Positions 1-10,962 of a stretch of 64,000 nucleotides of DNA are shown one piece after another. The stretch lies in NCBI GenBank assembly GCA_965240325.2, contig OZ251224.1, positions 2,914,001 through 2,978,000 on the forward strand, in the 5' to 3' direction. Source of the stretch: Rebecca billardiae RCC1528 (taxonomy: Eukaryota; Protista; Haptophyta). Each line of letters starts with the position of its first letter. The first letter of the stretch is position 1. A program made the translations under genes and the position numbers. Below the pieces are notes generated by a model, which saw nothing but the letters and a program-made list of their open reading frames with translations, was not told the origin of the DNA and ran no database searches.

Positions 1-1588
1 ATCATCTGCTGCGTGCCGCCGTGCTGCTGCTTCGCGATCTGGCGCGCGAGGCAGAAGCCCAAGCACAACGCCGACGAGACCATCCTCAAGATGCCCGCCG
101 GGCTGCAGATGTGGGTCCTCGGTCCGATGCTGCACGAGCACCCGCAGATGAGGCGCGACCTGGAGAAGCAGGCGGAGCTCGAGCGCAAGCGCGCGGAGGA
201 GGAGCGGCGCAAGGGCCACGCGAGCGGCGACCCGCGCCTCGCCAACGACCTGCGCCTCGACGGCCCGAGCCGCGGCGCCTCGGGGCGCTCGCGCTCGCAG
301 CCGCAGCGCGCGCGCGCCGCGCCGTCGTCCAACTTTGTCGTGCAGAAGGACGCGTGGGTGGTGGCGCGCGCGGGGCGCGTGCCCGAGCCGGGCGGGGCGC
401 GCGGCGCGGCGGGCGCGGGGCCGCGCGACATCGACGAGGACACCCTCCGCTTCTTCCTCACCGCCGCCACCTCCGCCAAGCTCGCCGCGCTCGACGACGG
501 GCTCGGCGCGCTTGACGGCCGAGAGAGGCGCCGCTGCGCGTGCACGCCCGGCGCGGACGCGCTCGAGTGGGCGGTGGCGCTCGGCGCGATCGAGGAGTGG
601 CTGCGCCGGCCGCCGCCGCCGCCGCCCGCCCCCGCCGGCGGCGCGCCCGCCTCCGACGAGCCCGCGCCGCACCGCCACGCGCAGTACGCGCGGCTCGAGG
701 GCGAGCTCACGGCCGCGCGCGTGAAGGCGCTCCTGGCCGAGTACTTGGCTCAGGCGCGCGTGCGCCGCTTCCGCATGGCGACGGACGAGAAGGCGGTGGT
801 GCGGCTGCGCGCGGAGCTGGGCGTGCGCGCGCTCGACCTGCGCAGCCCGCCGCCCGCCGACCAGCCGCGCCTCCTCGAGCTCCTCTGCCTCCCCGAGTTC
901 TGCGGCGACGACGGCATGCGCGCGCTGCTCACGTGGCCAGACCAGTTTGGGCTGAGCAGGCCGACGGCGCGCGCGTTCGTCGCGGCCTTCTTCGGGCTGC
1001 TGTGGGGCGGGACGCACGCGTCGAAGCTCGAGCTCGTCGTGCACACCGGCCCGCGCGCCGAGGTCGCCGTCGTGCGCATGCTCGGCCCCATCCTCGCGCC
1101 CTCCGCCCTCGTCTCCGCGCCCGAGCTCGGCGCGCTCGGCTCGCACGCGGAGGAGCGTATCTCTGTGCTGGCGCTGCACCCGCTGCGCGCGCGCGTGTCA
1201 CGCGAGCGGCTGGCGCGCTTCTTCGTGGCGGAGCAGACGGTGCAGGCGCTGCCGCCGTCGGCGAGCGTGGACGAGCTGCGCGCCGTGCTCGAGGCGCGCG
1301 GCGCGGCCAACGCCGAGCGCGTCCTCGCCCTCACCGCGCCGGGCCTTCCAATCTTTGACGTGAAGCGGCACGCGGGCGTCAGCCTGGCGCCGATGCGGCC
1401 GCCGCGCGCGCACGCGCCTCCGCTGCCGCTGCCGACGGCGCAGCCCGCGAAGGCGGCCGAGTCCGCCGCCACGCCCAAGACCGAGCGGGCGGCGCCCACG
1501 GCGCCCACGCCGACGCGCACGCACTCTGCCACCAAGCCCACCCACCGCGAGCCGCCCTCCGCCGCCAAGGCCGCCGCCGAGACGAAGA

Positions 1589-1619
<31 letters not shown>

Positions 1620-2823
1620 CGCGGCCGCGGCCGCAGTCGCGGCCGCGGCCGCGGTGACGCCCGCCTCGTCGACGCCGCCGCGGCCCGTCGCGCCGGCGCC
1701 TTCGACGCCGCCGCCGGCCGCGTCGCCTGCCCCGCAGCTTAGCGCGATCAGCGCCGAGCGCTCCGTCGGCGGCGGGCCGCTCGCCGACTGGCGGCTGGGC
1801 GCGCGGCCGCACCTGATGCGAGCGCGCCGCGCGCCGCCCGGCCCGGCCAAGCCGCTCTCCGACCAGGATTCGTTTGTGCACCTCGCGCACGGCTGCGTGC
1901 CCGGCGGCGACCTGATCGAGATGTTGCTCGTGCTCTCGCTCGTCGACGAGGCGCGCTCGGGCACGGGCGTGCTCGCCGCCGGCGCGGCCGCCGACGACGC
2001 GCCGGCCGGCGGCGCCGCGGCGGCCGCGGCCGGCGGCGCGTCGCCCGCGCGCGCCGACGGCGGCGCCGGTCTGACCGCGGACGACGTCGACGTGATCTTC
2101 AACGCGTACATCAACCGACGTGCGCGCGCGCACGCGCGCGCGCACACACTCGCGCGTCTGGCGCCACCGCCGCCTCACGCGCCGCGCGCCCCGCGGCCCG
2201 CGCCGCGCGCAGCGGACGTGCGCGCGTTCCACGTGTACACCGACGAGAACGCGCTGGACAACGCGTGCGCCAAGCTGGGCGTGGCGCAGTGCAACTTTGT
2301 GCGGCCGGGGGAGGGCGGGGGGCGTGGCGCGGTGTCGGAGGACGAGCTGCTCGCGGTGGTCACCTCGGCCGAGTGCACCGGCTGCGAGCAGCTCCGCCTC
2401 ATCCTGCGCGAGCCCGAGCGCTTCGGCGTGCGCCGCGTGCTCGCGGCCGCGCTGCTCGCCGCCTTCCACCGCGCGCTGTGGCGCGCCGGCCCGCCGCGAG
2501 AGAAGCTCCGGCTCGAAGTGCTCGCGGGCGACCGCGCGGACCGCGTGCACCGCGCGCTGCAGAGCGGCGCGGCGAAGGGCGAGGCGCCCAAGTACCACCC
2601 GCGCCACCCGAACGCCGTGCGCGTGCAGATGCTCGACTTCCTCGCCGACGAGCTCTGGGTGCGCGCGGCCGACGTGCCCAAGCTGAGGCAGGAGGCGTGG
2701 CGGCGCGAGATCGAGCACTACGAGATGACGCGCTCAGAGCTCGCGCGCGGGCTGCCCACGCCCACCGTGCTCGCGGGCGCGGGCGGCGGCAGCGGCAAGC
2801 AGCCCAGCTCGGCGGCGCGCTGA
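1..2823 (+). CDS. 5'-truncated membrane-associated protein with two copies of a ~300-aa domain separated by a Pro/Ala-rich linker; probable intron 2120-2212
   Basis: Frame is open from base 1 (IICCVPPCCCFAIW, end of a TM/Cys cluster) to TGA 2821-2823 with strong GC3 bias. GTGCGC...CTCAC...GCAG intron of 93 nt (in frame). Internal repeat visible: CTPGADALE/CVPGGDLIE, FRMATDE/FHVYTDE, PDQFG/PERFG, APGLP/ARGLP. Confidence 0.75.
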
Positions 2824-3534
2824 GCGCGCGCCGCTGCCGACGCGCGCCGCCGCCGCCGGCTGACGCGCGCCGCGCGCTCGGCGCGCTGAGCGCGCCGTTC
2901 ACGTTTCGCCCTGTGGCCACTCACTGGCTCAGGCGCGCGCAAACACGTGACGCAGACACGCGCGAGGCGTCTCGGCCCGGCCAGTGCCCGCCAAGCTGCC
3001 GGCTGCTGGTGGGCTGATGCGCCGCAGCGTTGCTCAGCAGACCGCCGCGCGCTGACTACAGCCACCACCGGGACTACTACTTTCTACCGTCTAGGCCTAC
3101 GACCTGCGTCCTGCTCGTCAGTGAATCAGTGCTCGGGGCTCACGTCGCGTCGTCGTCGTTTCGCGTCATCGACATTACAGCGCATCGTCGTCGAATTCTA
3201 TTCGTCGATGACGATCGGCGCTGTTGTAAACTTGTATAAGTGTAACTGGCGCGTCGTATAGTAGTGGATCGATCGTCAGTGTACGGGCAGTATAGGACTT
3301 CGCTAGTCGTCGTTGGCGTGTCGGTCACTGTCGCCGTCGGCCGCCTTGGGGCTCGGCCGGACGGCCGGGGATGAGACATGCTGCATGCTGATGAGTACAG
3401 TCTATGCTGTACCTATAGACTATATCGTCACTATATATGCCGTGTATGAGCCGTAGCTTGGCTGCTGCTGATGACAGCAGTGATGATGATGATGCGCTGC
3501 GCGCTTTTTCCTGTTTTTCTCATCGCGCGCGTCA

Positions 3535-6500
3535 TCACAGCTCCACGACAGCCGCTCGTGCCTCCGCGAGAAGCGCGTCGCAGAGCTTCGGGGTGCGGTG
3601 CCGCTCACGCACAGCCGTGATTTCGGAGCAGACCTTGGCAGGATCCAGCCGCAAGGCCGCGCGCAGCACACCCATCGCGGCCGCCTGGATCTCTGGGCTG
3701 AAGTCGTCGAGGTGGACGAGCACGCCGCGCACAAGGTAGCTCAGGTTGGACTCGTCCAGGTTGGCGCCGGCCTGCGTCGGGGTCCGAATCAAGCGCGCGC
3801 GCGCGGCCAGAGGCCGGGCACGGTGAGCACGGCCGGCCGGGGCGCACGCCGCGGGGAGGGGCAGGCGACTCGCGAGCGGGCGCGCACCTTGCGCAGGTGC
3901 TGGTCGTACACGGCGCTCCCGAGCAGCGCCTCGATCGCCGGGCAGATGGCGAGGCGCACCGCGTCGTTGGCGTCGTCCAGCCGCTTGAGCAGGTCAGGGT
4001 ACAGGCCGCGCACCTCGTCGTCCTTGAGGCGCGCGCCGACGAGCGGGAGGACGCGCTGGAGGATCGAGCACATCGCGAGCCGCGACTCGGCGCCGTCGTC
4101 CTCGAGCGCCGAGCGCAGCACCGGGAGGGTCGTCTGACAAAACACGCGGCGGGGTCGCGCGGCGGAGGGACGCGCTCATCGGTGCGCGCGCACACGCGCG
4201 GTCGGGTGCGCGGGGCGAGGCGGCGCGTGCCGGGCCGCGCGTCCGGGCGCGCGCGCACGGGCATGGCTTCTGTGAGCTCCGAGGCCGTGAGCACGGCGGG
4301 CTCCAGCTGCACGAGCGCGCGCAGGCAGAGCGCGGCGCCCAGCCGGACTTGCTGCGCCGCCCGGCCGGCGCGCCACACGAGGTTGGGGATGAGCAGCGCC
4401 TGCATCAGCAGAGCCGCCCACTCGCGCAGCCCGTCGTGGGCGCAGAAGGCCGGGTCGGCCAGCAGCCGCTGCACGACTGTCAGCGCGGTCAGCCGGAGCG
4501 CGGGCTCTCGCGACGGCTCGAGCAGCGCCGCGAGCACGGGGAACGCGCCGAGCAGCTGCGACGCGGCCCACTCGCCGGGCGCGTGCTGCAGCAGCGTCTG
4601 CAGCACGTGCCACTCGTGCGTGCTCACCGTCCAGGCCGAGTACGGAGGGTCGGCGCCGCTCGCGCGCTCGGCGCCCGCGGCGCCGCCGTTGGGCGCTGCG
4701 CGCGCGCCGGGCGCTGCGCGCGTGCCGCCCAGCTCGACGACCAGCTGGCTGCCGCCCTTCTTGCCCGCCGATCCCGCCGGCGCGTCCGGCGCGTCGAGCC
4801 TCTCCGCGAGCTCGTCGTCGGGCGCGAGCCCTCCGGCCACGAGCTGCTCGAGCAGCCGACCGCCGTGCCGCGCGTGCAGCGCGCCCGCGCCGTCCAGGCC
4901 GCACGCGGGCGCGAGCCGGGCGTCGAGCACGCTCAGCGCGCGGCGCTGCGGCGCGTAGTCGTCGTCGGCCGCCGAGGGCACGGCCGCGAGCTGCACGAGC
5001 GTCGCGTACAGCTGGAAGCCCTGCGGGTCCTCCGCGCACGCCGCGGGCGCCGCCTCGACGAGCGAGGCCACCACGTCGGCGAGCCGCACGCGCAGCTGCG
5101 CGTACGCGGCGGCTCCGGCGTCGTCGGCCGCGCCGGCCGCGCCGCGCGAGACGGCGGGGCCCGCGCAGAACTGCGGCCGGCAGAGCGTGCGCGCGAGCGC
5201 GCGCACGTGCGGGCCCACCGCCTCGCCGCCCACGCCCGTGAGCAGGTTGGCCAGCGTGAGCAGGCACGCGGAGCGGTGCGCGAGCGGCGCGCTGTCGCTG
5301 CGCTCGCAGTGGCGCGCGGCGAGGCCGAGCGCGACCGCGACGTCGCACTGCGTGCCGGCCATGCGCGCGCACGCGGCGACCTTGGCGCGCACGGCGGCGT
5401 CGTCGTCGTCCGCCGCCGCGTACAGCGCGCCGAGCAGCGCGTCCAGCTGCTCGGTCATCGCGCCCCGCGCGAGCCAGAGCAGGCCAAGCAGCGTGCACGC
5501 GCCGCGCAGCCGCTTGGCTGCCGTCCAGTCGCGCAGCTGCGCGACGGTGGCGGCGAGGAGCTCGGCGAGCTCGGCCTGCGCGAGCTGCACGGCGCCCCAC
5601 GGCGGCGGCGCGTCGAAGGGCGGCGGCAGCTCGGCGCGCGGCGGCGGCGTCTGCGGGGCCGCGTGCGCGACCCCCGCGCGGTCGCCGTCGGCGCCGGGGC
5701 CCGCGCGCTCGCCCGCGCGCCGGAGCGCGCCGAGCGCCGTCTCGCGCACCGACGCCACCTCGTCGCTGAGCGCGTGCAGGAGCACGGGCAGCAGGCGCAC
5801 GGTGTGCGGCGCCGGATCGGGCAGCGAGACGAGCAGCTCGCCCAGCTGCCGCGCGCACTGCTCGCGCACGCTCGGCGTGTGGTCGGCGGCGAGCGCGACG
5901 AGCCGCTCGGCCAGCTCGGGCAGCGCCGAGTCCTCGCGCAGCAGCAGCACGCACATCGCGTCGAGCGTGACGGCGCGCACCTTGGAGTGCGCGTGCGCGA
6001 GGTTGGCGGCGAGCGCCTTGGCGAGCGGGGCGCAGTGCACGCCGATCTGCGTCGGCAGCGCGGCCGCCAGCTCGCGCGCCAGGGCGCACACGTCGCGCTT
6101 CACGTCGGGGAACGCGTCGGCGGCGAGGCTGGCGCTGATGCCGGCGAGCTCCTTCGTGTGCGGCGCGCACGCCGTGCCGCCGCGTCGGACGACGAGGCGC
6201 GCGAGCTCGACGAGCTGGAGGCGGACCTCCTCGCATGTCTCGGCGTAGGGCACGGCGCCGACCCGCGCCGCGATCGTGGGCAGGAGCGTCGGCAGCGTCG
6301 AGCCCACGTCTGGCGCAGCCTCGAGAATGCTGCGCGCGCGCGCGCGCGCGAACGCGGCGGGTGGGGCGGAGAGGGTGGCCTGCGCGGTGAGGGACGACGA
6401 CCCCACCGTCGCATCGGCGCGTGCGCGCGGCGCACGCACCTCGTGACCAGCGTCAGAGCCATCTCGCGGTTCTTCTCGACCGGGTCCGCGAACAGCTTCA

Positions 6501-6684
6501 GCACGGGCACGCGGAGGGCGCTGTCCCACACGGCGAGCAGCTCGTCAGGCGCGACCGGGGGCGATGCGCGCAACAGGGCATCGCTGATCTTCTGCAGAGC
6601 GCGCTTCCGCGTGCTTCGGTTCTCCTCGCCCAGGCAGTTGATGTCCCGCGCCAGGGCCGTTGCGAGCGCGCTCTCCGCCGCCAT
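3535..6684 (-). CDS. DNAAF5: Dynein axonemal assembly factor 5 (HEATR2), HEAT-repeat protein; exons 6684-6440, 6329-4259, 4133-3888, 3771-3535
   Basis: N-terminus RDINCLGEENRSTRKRAL...FADPVEKNRE, ETCEEVRLQLV, HAHSKVR, LIPNLVWRAGR, YPDLLKRLDDANDAVR and LVHLDD match HEATR2 motifs. Three GT-AG introns (6330-6439, 4134-4258, 3772-3887) join the frames. Confidence 0.88.
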
Positions 6685-6900
6685 GGATGTGCGTTGAACC
6701 GACGAGTTTCCACGGCCTCCTCGCGGAAAAAAACACAAAGGAAAAAATCGCGACTTGAAGATGGCGGGCGGTTTTTCGTATCCCGGTCCGGATGGGCACA
6801 ACCTGAACCTCCACGCAGCGGCACGCACGCACGGCCGAGGAGCAGCGAGGGATTCATCAGCGCTCGAGCGCGCGCGCGCTGCACGTCTGCACGGGGAGCG

Positions 6901-8286
6901 ATGCCGGCCAAGCTGCGGAGCACGCCGAAGCGGAAAGGCTCCAAGCCGAGTCTTGCCGACCTGGCCGACGCGGGCGACGCGGACGCTTCCGTCCTCGCGC
7001 CGAAGACAACGCACATGGAGTTTGGCGGGCCGCCTGGCGCGCTCGCGACGATGGTGTTTCTGCCGCTCGTGGTGTGCGCGCTCGTCGTCGGGTGCGACTC
7101 GACGTACTGCCTCGGCCCTCAGCCGGCCTCCGGCCTGCTTCCGCGCCTGGCCGAGCAGCTCCCGCGCGCGCTGTCCGTGGAGGCGGTCGCGATCGTGCTC
7201 AGCTGGATCGGTCTGCAGGTGGTGCTGCAGCTCGTGCTGCCCGGGCCGTGGGTGGAGGGGACCAAGTTGCGGACGGGCGAGAAGCTGCCGTATAAGATCA
7301 ACGGCCACCTCGCCTTCTGGATCTCGATGCTCCTGATGGGCCACGCCTGGCCAACCTTCCGCGCGGACGGCGCGTTTGAGCGGTTCGGGCCGTTCCCGCT
7401 CTCGTACGCGTACGACCACTTCCTCGAGCTCGCGGTCGCGACCGCGCTGATCTCGGTGGTGCTCTCGGTGTACGTGTACGCCAGGTCGTTCCGCCCGGGC
7501 ACGCTCCTCGCCGAGGGCGGCAACACCGGCATCGCCGTGTACGACTTCTTCATCGGGCGCGAGCTCAACCCGCGGCTCGGCTCGTTCGACCTCAAGGTCT
7601 TCTTCGAGCTGCGCCCGGGGCTGATCGGCTGGCTCGTGCTCAACGTGGGGATGATGATGAAGCAGCGCGAGCTGCACGGCTCGATCTCGCCCTCCATGCT
7701 GTGCGTCAACGCCTTCCAGGCGCTGTACGTCTGGGACGCGCTGTACTACGAGAAGGCCATCCTCACGACGATGGACGTGACCACCGACGGCTTTGGCTTC
7801 ATGCTCGCGTTCGGCGACATCGGCTGGGTCACGTTCACGTACGGCCTGCAGGCGCGCTTCCTGGTGGAGCACGACCCGGGCCTCTCGGCGCCCGCGATCC
7901 TCGCCATCGTCGCGCTCAACGCGCTCGGCTACGCCATCTTCCGCGGCGCCAACCTGCAGAAGGACCTCTTCCGCTCCGACCCGGAGAGCGAGCGCGTGAA
8001 GGCGATCAAGTGGATGCCGACCGAGCGCGGCACGCGGCTGATGATCTCGGGCTGGTGGGGCCTGGCGCGCAAGATCAACTACACGGGCGACTGGCTCATG
8101 TCGCTCGCCTGGTGCCTCACCACCGGCTTCGTCAGCCCGATCCCGTACTTCTACTGCACGTACTTTGCGGTGCTGCTCGTGCACCGCGCCGTGCGCGACG
8201 AGCATATGTGCCGCGCCAAGTACGGCGCCGACTGGGACAAGTACAAGAAGCACGTGCCGTACGTCTTCTTCCCGTACATCATCTGA
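6901..8286 (+). CDS. ERG24: Delta14-sterol reductase (ERG4/ERG24 family, ERG24/TM7SF2/LBR type), intronless
   Basis: EFGG, YDFFIGRELNPR, ELRPGLIGW, ILTTMDVTTDGFGFMLAFGD, ANLQKDLFR, SGWWGLARKINYTGD, HRAVRDEHMCRAKYG..W..Y motifs. ATG at 6901. Confidence 0.93.
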   Translation: MPAKLRSTPKRKGSKPSLADLADAGDADASVLAPKTTHMEFGGPPGALATMVFLPLVVCALVVGCDSTYCLGPQPASGLLPRLAEQLPRALSVEAVAIVLSWIGLQVVLQLVLPGPWVEGTKLRTGEKLPYKINGHLAFWISMLLMGHAWPTFRADGAFERFGPFPLSYAYDHFLELAVATALISVVLSVYVYARSFRPGTLLAEGGNTGIAVYDFFIGRELNPRLGSFDLKVFFELRPGLIGWLVLNVGMMMKQRELHGSISPSMLCVNAFQALYVWDALYYEKAILTTMDVTTDGFGFMLAFGDIGWVTFTYGLQARFLVEHDPGLSAPAILAIVALNALGYAIFRGANLQKDLFRSDPESERVKAIKWMPTERGTRLMISGWWGLARKINYTGDWLMSLAWCLTTGFVSPIPYFYCTYFAVLLVHRAVRDEHMCRAKYGADWDKYKKHVPYVFFPYII

Positions 8287-8761
8287 GGCCGCGGGGCAGT
8301 CCCCGGGTGAGTCGGCGCCCGCCGCCGCCGCCGCCGTGGCCACGCCACCCCGGGCCTCGTGCAATCTTGGAGGACAGCACGCCCGTCTCGGCGCAGCTCG
8401 AGCCCATCCGCGGAGTGGCGCTGGTCAGCAGCAGCGCGCCATGCCACGCGCGCGCGCACCGCCGAGCCCCGAGGCAGGCGAAATCGGGTGACCCGCTCTA
8501 GACGGTGGTGCCCTGCTGGATTGCAGCTGCCCTCCGGATTGGCAGCAGCGGAAAGCGTGCAGTGCCGGGCCACTGCTGCGCGCCGTGTGGATGCCATGTG
8601 CGCCGCCAGCCGGCGAGCCGCGCCGGATTCTGAGAATCTCGCCCTCGGACTCGGCGGCGTCGGGCGTCATCACTGACTGGCTCGTCGCAATCATCATCGA
8701 CATCACGCTGTTACAGTACCAGCGGCGCGGCAGCATCGCTCCATGATAATATATATATATA

Positions 8762-9363
8762 GCGGCGCAAGCAGCTGCAGCTCCTCGACCGCGAGGTCTA
8801 CGGCACGCTCATGAGGGCCAGGTGGGCCCATACGAGGCGCGGCTCGACACCTTCCCCGCGATCGTCCCGATTGTCGTGGGGGCGTTTGGCGAGTGGAGCG
8901 CGGAGGTGGACCTCACCCTCAAGAAGATCGCGCCAAGATGGGGCGGGACACGTGACGCGCGCGCGCCTCAGCGCGCCCTCGCGCCCTGCCGCCGAGCGCG
9001 CGCTGCTCGGCACCATGCGGCGCGAGCTGGGCATGCGCTGCCTGCGTGGCCAGGCCAAGATGCTCCTCGCCCGCGCGCGCATGGCGCACGTGCGCCCGGG
9101 GGCACGCGCCCGCGGGGGCGCTGCATACGACGACTACTTCGAGACGACGGCTGACGACGCGTGGCACCGCGACCACCGCGGTGGCGCGCGCGCGTCGACG
9201 CCAGACGGTGCGTCGAGCTTCCGCTCGGCGATGGAGTGATGGGCGACTACGAGGGGGGGGGGACGACGGCGAGGAGCGCTGATCCTGGTGTTTGTCTCTG
9301 CTGCTCGATCTGCTGCTACAGCTTGCTGACTCTGACGCCTGCCCGTTGCATACCACGTCGTTA
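8762..9363 (+). mobile_element. 5'-truncated, frameshifted non-LTR retrotransposon 3' end (C-terminal restriction-like endonuclease region) between (TA)n tracts
   Basis: Across two frameshifts it reads LDREVYGT/GQVGPYEARLDTFPAIVPIVVGAFGEWSAEVDLTLKKIA/ALLGTMRRELGMRCLRGQAKMLLAR, resembling RLE-type LINE C-termini. Preceded by (TA)n at 8749-8761. Ends CCACGTCGTTA, shared with 44182-44363. Confidence 0.6.
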
Positions 9364-9689
9364 ATATATCATAGACCGACGATATGCATGACTTATTATG
9401 CTGCGCTCATGCAAATAATATATACGAATGACTACGATCCTATCAGACCTATGCTGACCGTCAATATTACTATATATGCGCATGTCTGCTATAATAATTC
9501 ATCGCGCTTATAATATGTAAGCTTACTACAGGCCCTGGAATTAAATAATATTATTAATAACATATACTTAAGGCAGTCATAAGCCTCAGAACGAACTTGA
9601 ACGGATGGACTTTGTCAGGCTGCCGCGGCGCGCACCGCCTGGCGGCCCGCGCACGGCTCGCGGTTCGTCCGCCGTGTTCGGTGCCAAGC

Positions 9690-10853
9690 CTACGGACCCG
9701 AGCGGCATGCTAATCGCATCCCATCCTGGGGGATGGCGTGTGCGCTCAGCAGATCACGTGGCCGTGTGCAGTTCAGCTTGCGCCACAGGTCCTTGCCGGA
9801 GCACGGGTTGACACGCGTCTTCCCAATGCTCTGAGTCTGAGTCGTGCCAATGCTCATGCTGCTGCGCAGTGCTTGGACATGCTGGCGTTCCCAGTGAAAC
9901 ATGCGTTTGAGGGCCTGTTCGCTTGGCCACTGCTGCTCGAGGTGGTAAGCAACGGCCGTGTCGTCAATGGCCGCGCGGTACGACGGGCAGATCTTGGGAA
10001 AGCACGCGACGTAGCCACAGCCGCCAACATTCGATCTGTCTAGCATGGACGCAAGACACGCCCACGCACGCTGCTCGAAGAGCGTCGCAAAAAGCTCGAT
10101 GGTGTGCACGCGGCGTATGCAGCGGTTGGCGGTCAGGTCCCGCATCGCCGTGAACGTGCTGTAGCTGCCTTCGATCGCTGGCGAGATGAGGCTGGCGCCG
10201 ACCGTGCGCATCGAGTGGAGGAGGCGCGGAATGCTCACGCGCAGAGGGCCAGAGCCAGGCATCAGCAGGTCGTCGAGCAGCAGGAAGACGTGCTCGAAGC
10301 GAGAGACAGCGCCTGCGCGAAGATAGCTCAGGAACTCACCCCAGTACCGCCCGCGCACCTGGAACACAGTGCAGCCCCCACCCGAGGCTCTGAGCCTCGG
10401 ATCGGCGTCGAGCGCGTCGCGGAGGAGCTCGCCATCCGCGTACGCGAAGACGACTCGCTCCCACGCAGACCCATCGGCGAAGTGGGTGGCGAGATTGTGC
10501 ACGATGACATGCGCGGTGGAAACACGCCCGAATGCGTTCACCACGACCAGGCGCTGAGCGTTGGAGCGGTTCAGGAGGGCGTTGAATCGCTCCTGCTCGG
10601 CATCATGCCCACCGTGCGCGACAACTAGCGTCGTGGGCAAGAAGAAGGCGTTCTGATGGTCCGAAGGGGGCGCACCCGTCGACACTTCGCAGTGCATGAT
10701 GATGGGCGCGGCGAGCAACACGAGCACGCGCAGGAGGACGCGGCTCGAAAGGTGACATCGCCTCCGCATCCCCCCCGGGCAGTGGCAGAGAGCGTCAGAT
10801 CGCTCGCGCTGACGGCGCGCCGCCACGGCTACGGCCATTGTTGGGTCGGGCAC
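9690..10853 (-). CDS. DUF707-like putative glycosyltransferase with N-terminal signal anchor (start uncertain: ATG at ~10838 or ~10769)
   Basis: Hydrophobic VLLRVLVLLAAPII, then FEHVFLLLDD, ASLISPAI, IELFATLFEQRAWAC and NVGGCG, which parallel DUF707 motifs (YIFLWDED, EISQP, VEIMAPVFSR.AW.C, GWG). Confidence 0.6.
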   Translation of the reverse strand: MPDPTMAVAVAARRQRERSDALCHCPGGMRRRCHLSSRVLLRVLVLLAAPIIMHCEVSTGAPPSDHQNAFFLPTTLVVAHGGHDAEQERFNALLNRSNAQRLVVVNAFGRVSTAHVIVHNLATHFADGSAWERVVFAYADGELLRDALDADPRLRASGGGCTVFQVRGRYWGEFLSYLRAGAVSRFEHVFLLLDDLLMPGSGPLRVSIPRLLHSMRTVGASLISPAIEGSYSTFTAMRDLTANRCIRRVHTIELFATLFEQRAWACLASMLDRSNVGGCGYVACFPKICPSYRAAIDDTAVAYHLEQQWPSEQALKRMFHWERQHVQALRSSMSIGTTQTQSIGKTRVNPCSGKDLWRKLNCTRPRDLLSAHAIPQDGMRLACRSGP

Positions 10854-10962
10854 TCGTACACTGCTACTTAGGCCTCAGGCTCAGGCGAGATTGACGCCCG
10901 CCAACTGTCACCGCCATGATGCCGTCGCCAAGAGACGCACACAGCTCAGGCAGGCGATGTGG

